Part shown: piece after piece, positions 10,342-20,073 of the stretch
How the letters are laid out: each line of letters starts with the position of its first letter
Numbering within the stretch: position 1 is the first letter of the stretch
IMG/VR virus record: IMGVR_UViG_3300028025_001902
Coordinates: 1-53,974 of that record
Source: a virus
Lineage: Duplodnaviria > Caudoviricetes
Direction: 5' to 3' (one strand)
Length of the DNA: 53,974 nucleotides
Made by a program: the position numbers and the translations under genes
Notes under the pieces: generated by a model
Seen by the model: the letters and a program-made list of their open reading frames with translations, nothing else
Databases searched by the model: none
What the model was told of the DNA's origin: nothing

Positions 10342-10557
10342 TTAAAATTCTCCACCTTCCATGTTTTGAGCATCGAGGGTGGTGGTGGATGTCCACTTGT
10401 TTGTTGTTGTTTTATATACTAATAATGCACCATTATTAAGTGAAGTTGTGTCCACATTACCAATATCAGTAATAGAATTAACTGATGCTGGATTAGCAAT
10501 GTTTGTAGTTGCAAGCACAAAACTTGTATCTTGAATGGTTGCTGTAATATCTGCCAT
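10342..10557 (-). CDS. Small fibre-associated structural protein
   Basis: ITDIGNVD...NGALLVY..TTNKW fibre-type repeat; C-term MEGGEF. Confidence 0.6.
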   Translation of the reverse strand: MADITATIQDTSFVLATTNIANPASVNSITDIGNVDTTSLNNGALLVYKTTTNKWTSTTTLDAQNMEGGEF

Positions 10558-10558
10558 A

Positions 10559-10894
10559 TTATATCTGAGTTATCTGTGGGGTTACAGTTGCTACACCTTC
10601 AACGACTCTAGTTTTTACACCACCACTAGAAGTGATTTCTAAGTCATAGAGATATCTTCCTGGAGTAATGGCTTCAGACTGACCAGCAGTTAAGGTCATT
10701 CTAACTTGACCATTGACGGCACTATAGATCGTTGGGTTTAGACTAAAAGCAGTACTGGAAGCATAAGACTTACGCATCTGAGAAGCGACAGTGTATCCAG
10801 TTAAATCGAGTGCACTACCACTGGTTCCAGTTACAGTAATAATATTACTATAATTAGAACCCTGATCAATAAAAATATTTGCTTGAGTCGCCAC
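10559..10894 (-). CDS. Fibre-anchoring adaptor (BppU-N-like) virion protein
   Basis: NIFIDQGSNY, DLTGYTVASQMRKSY, GRYLYDLEI, TRVVEG; GTG start with GGAGG RBS; own TAAATA motif at 10917-10922. Confidence 0.65.
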   Translation of the reverse strand: MATQANIFIDQGSNYSNIITVTGTSGSALDLTGYTVASQMRKSYASSTAFSLNPTIYSAVNGQVRMTLTAGQSEAITPGRYLYDLEITSSGGVKTRVVEGVATVTPQITQI

Positions 10895-10944
10895 CTAAAT
10901 CCTCCAATTTACTTCTTATTTATTCATTTTGTAATCTTGGTATA

Positions 10945-10972
10945 AAACTAAAAATCCCTCCTGAGAGGGATT
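10945..10972 (-). terminator. Rho-independent terminator after the main fibre block
   Basis: AATCCCTC-ctga-GAGGGATT hairpin (10953-10972) followed on the minus strand by a T-rich tract. Confidence 0.8.
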
Positions 10973-10996
10973 CTTGTTCGATGCGTTTTCTAGATC

Positions 10997-12316
10997 TTAT
11001 AGACCTGCAGCATCGAGTCTGGCTTTGAGTTCTGTGATAAGAACTTGCTGTTCCTGGATCGCAGCAGTTAAAGTAGCCACTAAGAATGATGAATCAACAC
11101 CTTGGTAATGCGGAGTTCCATCTTCATCTACAGCATCCTTTACACCAGTAACAGCTACTGGGCAAACTTCAGCTAATTCGTGCGCAATAAAACCTTCACC
11201 ATCAGAGCCATCAGCTTTCCATTTATACGTACATGGTTTAAGTTGTAAAACTCTAGCTAAAGCACCTGTCATCGGTGTAATGTTTTCTTTTAAACGGTAG
11301 TCAGAAGATGTGTTAAATGCGGTAGAAGTTGATCCAATATATATGCTACCAACAACAGCTGGTGTATATGTATTTAAAAAACGCATTGCATATACGTTAA
11401 ATCCTGTGCCGTTACCGCCAATCATCATTCCATATTGGTAGCTACCAGTGGTAGATGGGTATAACTGCATTTGATCAGGTGAACCAGTTAAGCTAGTTGT
11501 ATTAATCATCAATTGACCAGCAGAGTTAAGACGCATACGCTCTGTATTACCACCAGCATAAAACAACATATCTGCTGAATTTAAAGCAACACCTGATGCA
11601 GCAATAGCACAACCACCTGTTGTAGATGCACCTGCAGTAAATAAAAGTCTTGGACCATCTCCAGCAGTTGTACCTGGATGATTTAATCTAACTGTGGTAA
11701 TAGCACCAGTACCACTTGCGCTTGAATTAACAACATCAAGTTTGATACCTGATGTTGGACTATTAGTACCAATACCTACGTTACCACTAGAGTCAATACG
11801 CATACGCTCTGCACCGCCTGATTGCAAAATACAAGCAGAGCCAGCAGAAACACCACCAACAAAGAAATCAGTTGCTGTATTTAGAATACGACCAATCGTA
11901 GTTCCGTTGTTTTGTAAATAAACACCACCGCCATTAGAAGCATTATTAATTGTCTGAATAGTGTATCCAGTAATATTTACTGGGCTAGTAGTGCCAATCC
12001 CAACATCGCCAGCAGAAGTGAGACGCATGGTTTCCGTACCACCTTCTGCGAAAGCAAGTGTGTCTGCTGCAGGAGAAAAGATACCTGTGTTGGTGTCGCC
12101 AGTAAAGGTAATAGAAGGAGTGCTCGCAGAACCCAGTGCGTGAGTAACTGTTAGCGTTGTTGCTAACTTTGCAGTAGTTACATTGGCATCTGCTATTTTA
12201 GCAGTTGTGACTGCACCATTAGTGATTTCTGCAGCAGTGATAGAGTTATCTGCAAGATCTTCTGCAGTAATAACGTCTACACCAATTGATCGAGCTACGA
12301 TTTTACGGATTGCCAT
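10997..12316 (-). CDS. Tail fibre with C-terminal S74-type intramolecular chaperone
   Basis: ERMRIDSSGNVGIGT repeats; SSDYRLKENI...LKP.TYKW...GFIAHEL; terminal coiled coil. Confidence 0.85.
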   Translation of the reverse strand: MAIRKIVARSIGVDVITAEDLADNSITAAEITNGAVTTAKIADANVTTAKLATTLTVTHALGSASTPSITFTGDTNTGIFSPAADTLAFAEGGTETMRLTSAGDVGIGTTSPVNITGYTIQTINNASNGGGVYLQNNGTTIGRILNTATDFFVGGVSAGSACILQSGGAERMRIDSSGNVGIGTNSPTSGIKLDVVNSSASGTGAITTVRLNHPGTTAGDGPRLLFTAGASTTGGCAIAASGVALNSADMLFYAGGNTERMRLNSAGQLMINTTSLTGSPDQMQLYPSTTGSYQYGMMIGGNGTGFNVYAMRFLNTYTPAVVGSIYIGSTSTAFNTSSDYRLKENITPMTGALARVLQLKPCTYKWKADGSDGEGFIAHELAEVCPVAVTGVKDAVDEDGTPHYQGVDSSFLVATLTAAIQEQQVLITELKARLDAAGL

Positions 12317-12349
12317 TGTTTACTCTTTTTCTATATTAGACATTGTTGT

Positions 12350-12490
12350 TTATTCGTCTGCAGGTAATGGAGTGTTACCTTCTGCAACCCACTTTAGGTA
12401 TTCTTGGTAGTCTGTGTTATCTGGGTCGAATGGAATGTAAGCGTTGTCTGATAAACGAATTACAAAAGTTTCTCTATGTAGTTTGTACAT
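12350..12490 (-). CDS. 46-aa fibre partner/chaperone (copy 1; not in track)
   Basis: Hand translation [46 protein letters not shown]; three paralogues in the window; GGAG RBS inside the upstream gene end. Confidence 0.85.
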   Translation of the reverse strand: MYKLHRETFVIRLSDNAYIPFDPDNTDYQEYLKWVAEGNTPLPADE

Positions 12491-13780
12491 TTATAACTCC
12501 GCTGATGCAGTGATAGTGGAAGATCCGCTAGAAGGGTTAATCGCTAAGGGAGTTCCAGTAGACCAAGTCATACCCGAAACCCTTGCATATCTAAAGGCAC
12601 TTTGATTTACAGAAACACTACTTTCTGCTGAATACGTGTAACTCCCTGCATAATCTAAAACTGCAAAATTTGTAAGCCTGTTAATTGTTGCCGCAGTAGT
12701 GGTTGGTGATGCCCTTAAAGGAACTGGGTGCACCAAAGTTCCATTGGCATCCGAAGCACTACCGCCAACAAGATACAATCCTTTAGCGTCACAAGAATAA
12801 AAATACCTCTGACACAAAGCCAACTCATTGCTATACGGACGGAAATCAAACGATGTGGCTACAGTGCCAACTTCGAGTTGAACACCAGTCACTTGCCATG
12901 TGTTTCCATTGGTTGCCATCCAGTTTACATCACCAGTAGAGCCGTAGACACTTGATGTTGTCCAAACACCAGATGTGCCTTGCAAACTGGTTCCATTTGC
13001 CAAACCAAACCCGACATTCAGACCAACTCCGTTTGTTGCTCCAATCCAAGTACCAGAAGTGGGACCAGTAAATGTAAGAGTTTTAAATTCCCAAGTATTT
13101 ACCGCATTTACGGTGTAAGCAGAAGGCTGGTTATACACCTCGCTTGCGTTTGTAAGAAAGGCACTAAATTGCCCAGTAATGCTTGACTTTACCCAAAAAG
13201 AAAGAGTTACAGTCTTTGCATTTGCAGTTCCAAAAGACAAATCCGCTGTGTTAAAACCTTCAATTTTTTGCCAAGCAAAATAATAGTCAGTTGTGCCAAG
13301 ACTTGTGTCAGCAGTTGTAACAGTAAACTTCAAACTATTGCTGAACCCAGTGGGTGCATCAGAAACTTGCTGGGCAGAATAAACACCACCGCCAGTGGGT
13401 CTTGCAACGCAAGCCCAGCGGTCAACAGAATAAATGCCCACAGCGTTTATAGTTACTGCGGCACCAGCGTTACGCTGGTCAATAACCATCGCACCATTAA
13501 TGATACGATTACGCATACCTAACTCTGCACCAGAGTTTGCCATTTTGGCTGGAGTGACTGCATTTGCTGCAACTTTTGCAGTAGTAATTGCATTAGAAGC
13601 AATATCACCAGCAACAATACTACGGTATGTGACTGTCTTACCAGATAAATCTACTGTACTGTTTAGTTTAGCACTAGTGACTGCACCATCGGCTAAGTCA
13701 ACAGCAACTACTGATCCGTCTGCCAATGTAGCAGAGGTAACAGAACCTGAAGGATATTTCTTTGAACTATATGTAGCCAT
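12491..13780 (-). CDS. Fibre/receptor-binding protein, RNRIING family (copy 1)
   Basis: MATYSSKKY N-term, VTxAKL repeats, RNRIINGAMVIDQRNAG core, ELALCQRYF, terminal SAEL. Confidence 0.8.
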   Translation of the reverse strand: MATYSSKKYPSGSVTSATLADGSVVAVDLADGAVTSAKLNSTVDLSGKTVTYRSIVAGDIASNAITTAKVAANAVTPAKMANSGAELGMRNRIINGAMVIDQRNAGAAVTINAVGIYSVDRWACVARPTGGGVYSAQQVSDAPTGFSNSLKFTVTTADTSLGTTDYYFAWQKIEGFNTADLSFGTANAKTVTLSFWVKSSITGQFSAFLTNASEVYNQPSAYTVNAVNTWEFKTLTFTGPTSGTWIGATNGVGLNVGFGLANGTSLQGTSGVWTTSSVYGSTGDVNWMATNGNTWQVTGVQLEVGTVATSFDFRPYSNELALCQRYFYSCDAKGLYLVGGSASDANGTLVHPVPLRASPTTTAATINRLTNFAVLDYAGSYTYSAESSVSVNQSAFRYARVSGMTWSTGTPLAINPSSGSSTITASAEL

Positions 13781-13789
13781 TTGTTTACC

Positions 13790-14647
13790 TTAAATCGAGA
13801 ATAGTTTCCAACCATGAGTGGCATTGTAATATACTAGGTCAAACGAAGCACCTTCAGTACTTACAACTAAGTTTTCTGCATCACCCATAATAACGTGACC
13901 ATTTCGAGCAACAGTTAAATTATTTGTATCAAATGTATTTGCACCATCGATAATACGAACAGTATCACCCATAGTTGCAGTGGCTGGTAGAGTTAATGTA
14001 ACTGCACCAGCTGAAGTATTTACGAAGTAGTAACGACTTGCAATTGCAGTAGTGTTAGCTGAGATCTCGTAGTATTGACCAATAGTCTTTTGAATACCAG
14101 TGCTTAATTTTGCCAGAGCAATAGAGCCATTGGCAACTGTATCAATCGCAATCTTTTCTTTTGTTAATGTATAAACATCAATCTCAGCACCAGAATCTGG
14201 AGCAGCAGTAAATACAATAGTTTGTCCAGATGATACGAAGTTATTACCAGAACCTTCTCTCTGTAGTAGACCATCAACAAAGACCATGACACCAGCAGGA
14301 ACTACTGGAGCGTCTGTTAATGTGAAAGAAGTTGTGGAAGCATCGCCAGTGAAAGTCTGAGTAGTGACTTCCATGCCTGCAGTACGAGCCACTGTTAATT
14401 GAAGTCCAAGGTAGACGACGATTAATGTAGTTCCTGTTACTGGTGCTTCAGAGAAGGTGATAGTGGCACCACCACCTGATAGGGAGTATGCAACATTTGG
14501 AATTTGATATACGCCACCATAAAATACCATAATTGATGGTGACGAACCAATTGCGTAGGTTAGCGTGAATGTAGTGGTACTGCTATCTGGAGTTAGCGTT
14601 TGTACTTCGTATGCGCCATAGACTGGCTCTCTACCGATAAATGCCAT
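13790..14647 (-). CDS. Putative fibre-branching adaptor (two FTGD-type domains plus a gp9/gp10-like domain)
   Basis: MAFIG start; two TTxFTL..V..G..Q....F..AP domains; C-term YFVNTSAGAVTLTLPATATMGDTVRIID..TFDTNNLTVARNG...LVYYNATHGW. Confidence 0.65.
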   Translation of the reverse strand: MAFIGREPVYGAYEVQTLTPDSSTTTFTLTYAIGSSPSIMVFYGGVYQIPNVAYSLSGGGATITFSEAPVTGTTLIVVYLGLQLTVARTAGMEVTTQTFTGDASTTSFTLTDAPVVPAGVMVFVDGLLQREGSGNNFVSSGQTIVFTAAPDSGAEIDVYTLTKEKIAIDTVANGSIALAKLSTGIQKTIGQYYEISANTTAIASRYYFVNTSAGAVTLTLPATATMGDTVRIIDGANTFDTNNLTVARNGHVIMGDAENLVVSTEGASFDLVYYNATHGWKLFSI

Positions 14648-15270
14648 TATGCTTTACTCCAACCTTTGTATGTGTTTTTCTTTCCGCTACTAACCGCAGA
14701 TAATAAATCAGGATTTCCATATTTTTTCAATTCGTTATATCCTTTTATCGTAACAATTTCGCCACTAGGGTTTTTTAGCGTATATTCTTTTACAACTATA
14801 TGTTTTCTTGCCTCAGCAATAGATGTTCTATATTTATCTATGTGCTTTTCGATTCTTTTTTGTGCAATTTCTGGACTATGTTTTCTACCTAAATTTGCCT
14901 TGCGCAATTTTTCTTTAGTTTCCTCACTATGAGTTTTACCAAAGAAATGATTATTTTCACCAGATAGTTTTTCTCTGGTGGCTTCATTTATTTTAGTACC
15001 GCCATAACCACCGACTTTTAAATTTAAGCAGAGAGGATTATTGTTAATCTCATGTTCATTAACAATAAGTTTCTCCATCTCATAAATGTCTTTAATATCA
15101 CCCCAGATCCAAATACGATAATCGAAGTTCTCTTTACCGTATTTTTTAATAGATCTTTTAATTCTAATACCAGAACCCCAATAACCATCTTGTTGATGTC
15201 CTTTATGAACACCTGTGTAGAATTCACCAGTTACCTTATTTACTATCTGATAAAGGTGTGCGATGGGCAT
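14647..15270 (-). mobile_element. Free-standing GIY-YIG (Seg-like) homing endonuclease
   Basis: LYQIVNKVTGEFYTGVH...GYWGSG..IKRSIKKYGKENF; NLKVGGYGG; NUMOD3-type FFGKTHSEETKEKLR. Confidence 0.88.
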
Positions 15271-15297
15271 TATTGCTCTCTGTTATGTCTCTGTTAT

Positions 15298-15450
15298 TTA
15301 TTCGTCTGCAGGCAACGGAGTATTACCTTCATCGAGCCATTTTAGATATTCTTGATAATCGGTGTTTGCTGGATCACATGGGATACATGCACCATCTGAT
15401 AATCGTTGTACGAATTTATTACCCAAAGGTGTAGTGTAAGTTTTATACAT
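15298..15450 (-). CDS. 50-aa fibre partner/chaperone (copy 2; not in track)
   Basis: [50 protein letters not shown]. Confidence 0.85.
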   Translation of the reverse strand: MYKTYTTPLGNKFVQRLSDGACIPCDPANTDYQEYLKWLDEGNTPLPADE

Positions 15451-16560
15451 TTATAACTCCGCAGAAGAAGTAAAGTGGTAAATAACACCTAACGAGTTAG
15501 TTGTTAGAGAACTACCGCTATTGTTATAAACAGAAAAAGTTGACTCACCAGTTGAATTTAATATTCCAGAATTACTGGCCAAATCCCCACCAGTTGATGC
15601 TCCTGAAACTTTACTAGTTCCACCGCTGTATCCATATATTACAATTGTGGGATTTGTGATACGTTTATTAACTTTATATGATGGTCCATTAAAAACAACG
15701 TTATTCACAACTGTGTTAGTTCCTGTTGGAGAAATAATATAACCATTTACAGCAGTTGTCCCTGGAACGACTCCTATATCATAAGATTTTTCAAAATATC
15801 TCTGGCATAGTTGTAACTCAGTAGTAAATGGACGACGTTCAAAAGCAGTTGCAGCAGTACCAACTTCTAGTTGTAATCCAGTAACACTCCATGTAGCACC
15901 AGTAGTAGCAACTACGTTTGTTGTTCCAGTAACTCCAAGAAATTGTCCACTATTCCAACTACCAGCTGTACCACGAACATCTGAACCATTACCAAGATCC
16001 CAGTGTAAATATATACCACCACTAGTACCAGTTGTATTCCATGTACCATCTGTACAACCAGGAATAGTTATTGTCTTATATTCCCAAGTGTTCGCAGCGG
16101 TAATAGTGTAAGTTGCGCAGTATGCTCTATCATTTAAGTTACCAAGAACAAAACCAAATGATCCTGTTAAACTAGATTTAACCCAGAATGATACAGTAAC
16201 AGTCTGTGCGTTAGATGTACCAAACATTAAATCAGTTATATTATTTGCTTCAATAGCCTGTTCAAGATTGAAACGATTACCTGACGCTGGAGTCTTTGCT
16301 GTACCAACAGTTAATAAAAGACTGTTCTTAAATCCTGCTGGTGCAGAAGAACTCTGTTGAACTGTTGCAGTAGCAAGACCAGAACCACCATTGTAACGGA
16401 GGTTCCAACGATCAAGACTGTATTTTGTTTCTGCATTATATGCTACACTAGCACCAGCATTTCTTTGGTCAATGACCATTGCACCATTGATGATACGATT
16501 GCGAAAGAACAACGAATTTGTTGTGTCTAGATTACTTGTCTTTACTTGAGTTAATGGCAT
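15451..16560 (-). CDS. Fibre/receptor-binding protein, RNRIING family (copy 2)
   Basis: MPLTQVK start, RNRIINGAMVIDQRNAG, ELQLCQRYF, terminal SAEL. Confidence 0.8.
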   Translation of the reverse strand: MPLTQVKTSNLDTTNSLFFRNRIINGAMVIDQRNAGASVAYNAETKYSLDRWNLRYNGGSGLATATVQQSSSAPAGFKNSLLLTVGTAKTPASGNRFNLEQAIEANNITDLMFGTSNAQTVTVSFWVKSSLTGSFGFVLGNLNDRAYCATYTITAANTWEYKTITIPGCTDGTWNTTGTSGGIYLHWDLGNGSDVRGTAGSWNSGQFLGVTGTTNVVATTGATWSVTGLQLEVGTAATAFERRPFTTELQLCQRYFEKSYDIGVVPGTTAVNGYIISPTGTNTVVNNVVFNGPSYKVNKRITNPTIVIYGYSGGTSKVSGASTGGDLASNSGILNSTGESTFSVYNNSGSSLTTNSLGVIYHFTSSAEL

Positions 16561-16730
16561 TATTCAATACTCGCTAATTGTTCGTCTGTTGGTCTTGCTA
16601 GAGTTGGGTGTTCCCACTTTGCAATATAATCACCACGACCATCTGAGTCGTTTTGTAGAGTGATCACAGTCAAAAAATCTTGTTGTGTTAGCTCAGGATA
16701 TAGAGCCATAATTTTGTCGTATAAAGTCAT
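16560..16730 (-). CDS. 56-aa XkdW-like fibre partner
   Basis: MTLYDKIMALYPEL...LQNDSDGRGDYIAKWEHPTLARPTDEQL; ATG at 16730 overlaps the upstream TAA. Confidence 0.7.
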   Translation of the reverse strand: MTLYDKIMALYPELTQQDFLTVITLQNDSDGRGDYIAKWEHPTLARPTDEQLASIE

Positions 16731-17569
16731 TATGCTGCCCTCGCTAATACACCAGTAAACCAAGTTGATACTGAACCGCCACCACTACCTAAATTTTGAG
16801 AGGATCCTGAATTCTGCTGTGTATAAACTTCAAGATAGTCTGATGACCCATTCATATACACCAGAGCATTTAGTTCATTCGTGAAATAACCAGCACTATT
16901 GGTTCCACCACCATTAAATTGCTTAATCAAACTTCCGTTCTTATACAAATAATTCCAAACAACAATAGATGTGACCCCTAAGTTATAAAACAGATGAGAT
17001 GTTATTGCATAATAACCTGCCACCAATGGTTGAAATCTATAATTTGTTGAATTGTCGTATGCACTTGCAGTATCAAATTCTTCTAGTTGGAAAGTTACTT
17101 TGGTAACAGTGCTATTAGAAATTGATTGATTACCGCTTAAATAAGCACTAAACGCTGGACCAGTACCAGCCACGTTTGTGCCGATGTCTGCTTGAACAAC
17201 TGCACCAGCTGCAATTTTAGCAGTAGTGATAGAGCTGTCGGCAATCTTACCAGTAGTCACAGCTAAATCAGCAATCGTGCCAGTAACAACAGAGCCAGCC
17301 ATTGGAGCATAACTCATGGCAACTGCAGAGATTGTACGGATTTCGATCTCGTCACCAGAAGCAGGTGCAGCTACGAAAACGATGTTTGAACCATCAGTAG
17401 AGTATGCTGCGTCTTGCTGAGTCACACCATTGATGGTTGCGATAATTGATGTCTCATTGGCAACTGGACCAGGAAGAGCATATGTTGTGGTTGAACCATT
17501 ACCAGTGTATGTAGATCTCAATACACTAGATGTAGTTTCTGTTGGTTTTACACGACCCAAATATGCCAT
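16730..17569 (-). CDS. Fibre protein with a C1q/TNF-like C-terminal domain
   Basis: MAYLG start, one YTGNG.TTTY domain, VTTxKIA repeats, then PAFSAY...QSIS..T.TKV.F..EEFDT...RFQP.VAGYY...YLEVY. Confidence 0.75.
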   Translation of the reverse strand: MAYLGRVKPTETTSSVLRSTYTGNGSTTTYALPGPVANETSIIATINGVTQQDAAYSTDGSNIVFVAAPASGDEIEIRTISAVAMSYAPMAGSVVTGTIADLAVTTGKIADSSITTAKIAAGAVVQADIGTNVAGTGPAFSAYLSGNQSISNSTVTKVTFQLEEFDTASAYDNSTNYRFQPLVAGYYAITSHLFYNLGVTSIVVWNYLYKNGSLIKQFNGGGTNSAGYFTNELNALVYMNGSSDYLEVYTQQNSGSSQNLGSGGGSVSTWFTGVLARAA

Positions 17570-17748
17570 TATTCTGTTCCTTCTGACGGGAGTGAGTCTG
17601 CTGGGAGTGGAGTGTTACCTGCAGCAAGCCACTTTAGATATTCTTGATAGTCTATATTGTCTGGGTCGAATGGAATTGATTTTCTTCCATCTTCTGTAAT
17701 AATACAACTTACAGGTTCATTGTTAAAAAGGATTGGTAATTTATACAT
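17569..17748 (-). CDS. 59-aa fibre partner/chaperone (copy 3; not in track)
   Basis: [59 protein letters not shown]. Confidence 0.85.
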   Translation of the reverse strand: MYKLPILFNNEPVSCIITEDGRKSIPFDPDNIDYQEYLKWLAAGNTPLPADSLPSEGTE

Positions 17749-17750
17749 TT

Positions 17751-18740
17751 TTATAACTCCGCTGATGCTGCAAAAGGCTGCACATTATTGCCAGCTGCTT
17801 GGCTACCACCCATACCATATAGTTGACCAGTTGTGATAGTGCTCCATCCAGCAACTTTTAATTGTCCACCAGAAGTATTAAACTGAGACTGTGAAATTAT
17901 TGAGCATGAACTTCCATTTCTATTGGAAACTCCAAACTGATAAATGAACAAATCTGTATACAAAAGACTTATTGTAGGTGTTGCTCTTTTAGGAACAGCA
18001 AAATATCCAGCAACAACAATGTTATAGTTAGTGGTTTCTCCACTACACCACCAGTAATTACCGCATTGCTCATAATATCTCTGACATAATGCTAACTCTA
18101 CACCAATTGGACGTTGTTCAAATGCCGTTGCAGTATTACCTTCTTCAACTTGTACTTGTGCAAAATCAACAGTAGTTGTAGTAGAGTCTGGAATTCTAAA
18201 CATAAAAGTTACATAATTTCCTGCACCGATAGTTTTACCAGAAATTGAAGGAACATTAAATGTATATGTATATTTAACCCAAGAACTAGTAAGTGGTGTC
18301 ACTGTTTCATTTGCAACAACATAAGCGTCAGCAGAGCCACTAGAACCAAAATTCTGAGTCATTCTAAAATAACCAGGAGTGAATGTGCTACCAGAAGATA
18401 CTTTAGCGTAAAATGATGCTGTTACAGTTTTACCTGCGAAAGTTCTAACATCTTCAATTTTTTGTTGAAATACTGGACCAGCTAAATTGCTGGCAGAAAT
18501 TGCAAATCTCATAAAATATGTTGGCTCACCTGGAACTTCAGTTTGTCCAGCAGAAAATGCTTGTCTAGAAACAGTCCAGCCAGAATTAGTATCTGCACTG
18601 GTTAACCATCTATCGGCAGAATATCCAGCAGTAGTGAACGACGTTCCTCTTTGCCAAATATCAAAGTTACCGTTAATAATTTTATTACGGAAGTTTACAC
18701 CGCTGTTACCTAATTGTGCTAGTGCGACTGCTTGTGTCAT
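17751..18740 (-). CDS. Fibre/receptor-binding protein, RNRIING family (copy 3, most divergent)
   Basis: MTQAVALAQL start, RNKIINGNFDIWQRG, ELALCQRYY, terminal SAEL. Confidence 0.8.
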   Translation of the reverse strand: MTQAVALAQLGNSGVNFRNKIINGNFDIWQRGTSFTTAGYSADRWLTSADTNSGWTVSRQAFSAGQTEVPGEPTYFMRFAISASNLAGPVFQQKIEDVRTFAGKTVTASFYAKVSSGSTFTPGYFRMTQNFGSSGSADAYVVANETVTPLTSSWVKYTYTFNVPSISGKTIGAGNYVTFMFRIPDSTTTTVDFAQVQVEEGNTATAFEQRPIGVELALCQRYYEQCGNYWWCSGETTNYNIVVAGYFAVPKRATPTISLLYTDLFIYQFGVSNRNGSSCSIISQSQFNTSGGQLKVAGWSTITTGQLYGMGGSQAAGNNVQPFAASAEL

Positions 18741-19045
18741 TATTCTGTTCCCTTAGGATACTTGTTCTTTACTGCTTGTACCAATGCAAGCATTTCGGTA
18801 GCTGCATCGCCACCTTTCCATAGTGCATCTAATTGATCACCGATGGTAGGATATTCTGCTGCACGAAGTCTTTGATATTCTTTATTATCGTATTCTGCTT
18901 GTAAGCGAACTAACTCTGCTGTAATTTGTTCGTCTGATACTGGAGCAACTAATGGATTAATCCATATAATATTATCACCATCCAATGAAAATGATGCATC
19001 TGGAGCTAAAGAATATATTGCGTCAATTTTATTTAATGTTCTCAT
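18740..19045 (-). CDS. Fibre assembly chaperone-like protein
   Basis: DAIYSLAP.A, EYQRLRAAEYPTIGDQLDALW, VKNKYPK; coupled to the upstream fibre gene. Confidence 0.7.
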   Translation of the reverse strand: MRTLNKIDAIYSLAPDASFSLDGDNIIWINPLVAPVSDEQITAELVRLQAEYDNKEYQRLRAAEYPTIGDQLDALWKGGDAATEMLALVQAVKNKYPKGTE

Positions 19046-20073
19046 GCTGCAATCTCCATAACAGTTATTGAACTTTGATTGTTAGTTTGTGCATTAACTA
19101 TTAGTCTACCACTATTAGCATTTTGTGTATTATACCCTTGAATTTTATAAGTAACAGAACTTGTTGTTGATGGAGAATCCAAAACCATTCCATTCCATTG
19201 ACCATCAAAATAAATTCTTGATCCAGTACTTAATCCTGCCTCTAAACCAAGTGAGTTATTGTATTGTGCAAATACATCGGTTGAATTTCTAACTATTTTT
19301 AATGCACCTGCAACCTCAATTGCAGATCTAAAAATTTCATACGAAGCCGAAGCAAGAACTAAAATTTTACTTGATGCACTAGAAGGAGTAATAGAAACAG
19401 AAAGATTTGTTATATCTGTCCAAGTGGACATATTTGTTAATGTTGTTGTTGTTGATGTTATTGTGCTAACCACTTGTAGCACTGAACCTGCAGGCATACT
19501 CGCTGAAGGGATTGTTCTCGAACCAGTCAACTTACTTGCACTTAGTGAAGCAATCAAACTGTCACCAACTGCACCATTCGTATTTGGAATAGCGTTGTTG
19601 AATGTAGTAATCAAGAATCCTTCAAAGCGAACATAGTCACCAGCTGCACAGGCATTTGCCAATACTACTGTTGTGCCGTTTGTTGCTGTGAAGTCTGCAG
19701 ATCCTAGTTTAACACCATTGCGATACACATCAATGTATCCAGCAGTGTAAGAAGCAGGAGAGAAAGAAGTCTGTCCTGCAGTCGCTGTAAATTCTGTGAT
19801 TGTTCTGTATGATGGTTGAACAACTGTATCTGGCTGAACACCAAGATGTAGCACTTCAATATTGTTTGTGCCAGTTGGAGGTGCAGCAGAGAATGTTAGA
19901 GTTGTTCCAGAAACACCGTATGTCGATGCTGCCTGTTTAACACCAGAGATAGTGATGATAACAGAAGAAGCAGATACTGGTGCTCGTGAAAGAGTGAATG
20001 CTACAGTCGTGTTGTTACCACTGAAGTAATCAGTTAGGTAAGACGCTGAGAGAGGGTTATTCCCAAAATACAT
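19042..20073 (-). CDS. Fibre protein with two adaptor domains and a GSVLQVV-type C-terminal domain
   Basis: FSGNNTTVAFTL domain, FTATAGQTSF..IDVYRNGVKL domain, then GSVLQVVS...LSVSITPSSASSKILV...LDSPSTTSSVTYKIQ...SITVMEIA. Confidence 0.75.
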   Translation of the reverse strand: MYFGNNPLSASYLTDYFSGNNTTVAFTLSRAPVSASSVIITISGVKQAASTYGVSGTTLTFSAAPPTGTNNIEVLHLGVQPDTVVQPSYRTITEFTATAGQTSFSPASYTAGYIDVYRNGVKLGSADFTATNGTTVVLANACAAGDYVRFEGFLITTFNNAIPNTNGAVGDSLIASLSASKLTGSRTIPSASMPAGSVLQVVSTITSTTTTLTNMSTWTDITNLSVSITPSSASSKILVLASASYEIFRSAIEVAGALKIVRNSTDVFAQYNNSLGLEAGLSTGSRIYFDGQWNGMVLDSPSTTSSVTYKIQGYNTQNANSGRLIVNAQTNNQSSITVMEIAA

